Of a stretch of DNA of 64,000 nucleotides, positions 63,927 through 64,000 are shown in pieces. A program made the position numbers and the translations under genes. Positions within the stretch are counted from its first letter, which is position 1. Every line of letters starts with the position of its first letter. The stretch comes from Candidatus Latescibacterota bacterium (GTDB taxonomy: Bacteria > Latescibacterota > UBA2968 > GCA-2709665): positions 3,264,001 through 3,328,000 of the forward strand of contig OZ242180.1 in assembly GCA_965205485.1 (NCBI GenBank), read 5' to 3'. The notes under the pieces are model-generated. The model was given only the letters and a program-made list of their open reading frames with translations, was not told the origin of the DNA and did not search any database.

Positions 63927-64000
63927 GTGTCACGACCGGTAATCGGCATCACCACCAGCATCGAGACATCGAAGGGCCGCGACTCACGCCAGACCGTTGG
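63927..64000 (+). CDS. Start of a peptidase C26 / PuuD-like glutamine amidotransferase (partial)
   Basis: GGAGGA RBS then VSRPVIGITTS, a typical C26 N-terminus; only 24 codons visible. Confidence 0.5.
   Translation, partial: MSRPVIGITTSIETSKGRDSRQTV

Overview
A 64-kb, GC-rich (roughly 60-65% by eye) bacterial chromosome segment. The short RpoD-type sigma factor, the C-terminal paired Ca-binding loop (dockerin/EF-hand-like) domain and many orphan oxidoreductases suggest an uncultured FCB-superphylum lineage such as Latescibacterota or Gemmatimonadota; this is inference. Bases 1-31.7 kb are mostly housekeeping genes: slt, rdgB, a DnaC/IstB-like ATPase, smpB, mnmG, bioB, efp-accB-accC-gcvH, scpAB, cmk-plsC-rpsA-mtaB-mutS and a long RelA/SpoT homologue whose hydrolase motif looks degenerate. 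Bases 31.8-55.3 kb are accessory. They hold catabolic enzymes, an orphan IorA, higBA, two GNATs, a tandem duplication of a secreted beta-propeller gene with a traceable microhomology junction, and a 757-bp-period triplication of an NAD-dependent oxidoreductase. The end of the window carries gcvPA/PB, the sigma factor, ferritin and a GT2/TauE cluster. Two MITE families (4 and 2 copies) and a REP doublet are present. I found no rRNA, tRNA, CRISPR array, integrase or transposase. The most striking locus is a discrete ~2.2-kb segment (43921-46157). It encodes a 2OG-Fe(II) oxygenase, a secreted protein with 45 consecutive Asp plus about 37 DEx triplets and a Ca-binding C-terminal domain, and a broken vitamin-K-dependent carboxylase (HTTM/GGCX-like) gene. 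Together these form a candidate system for post-translationally modified polyanionic Ca-binding or mineralisation protein, now partly decayed. That functional link is a hypothesis.
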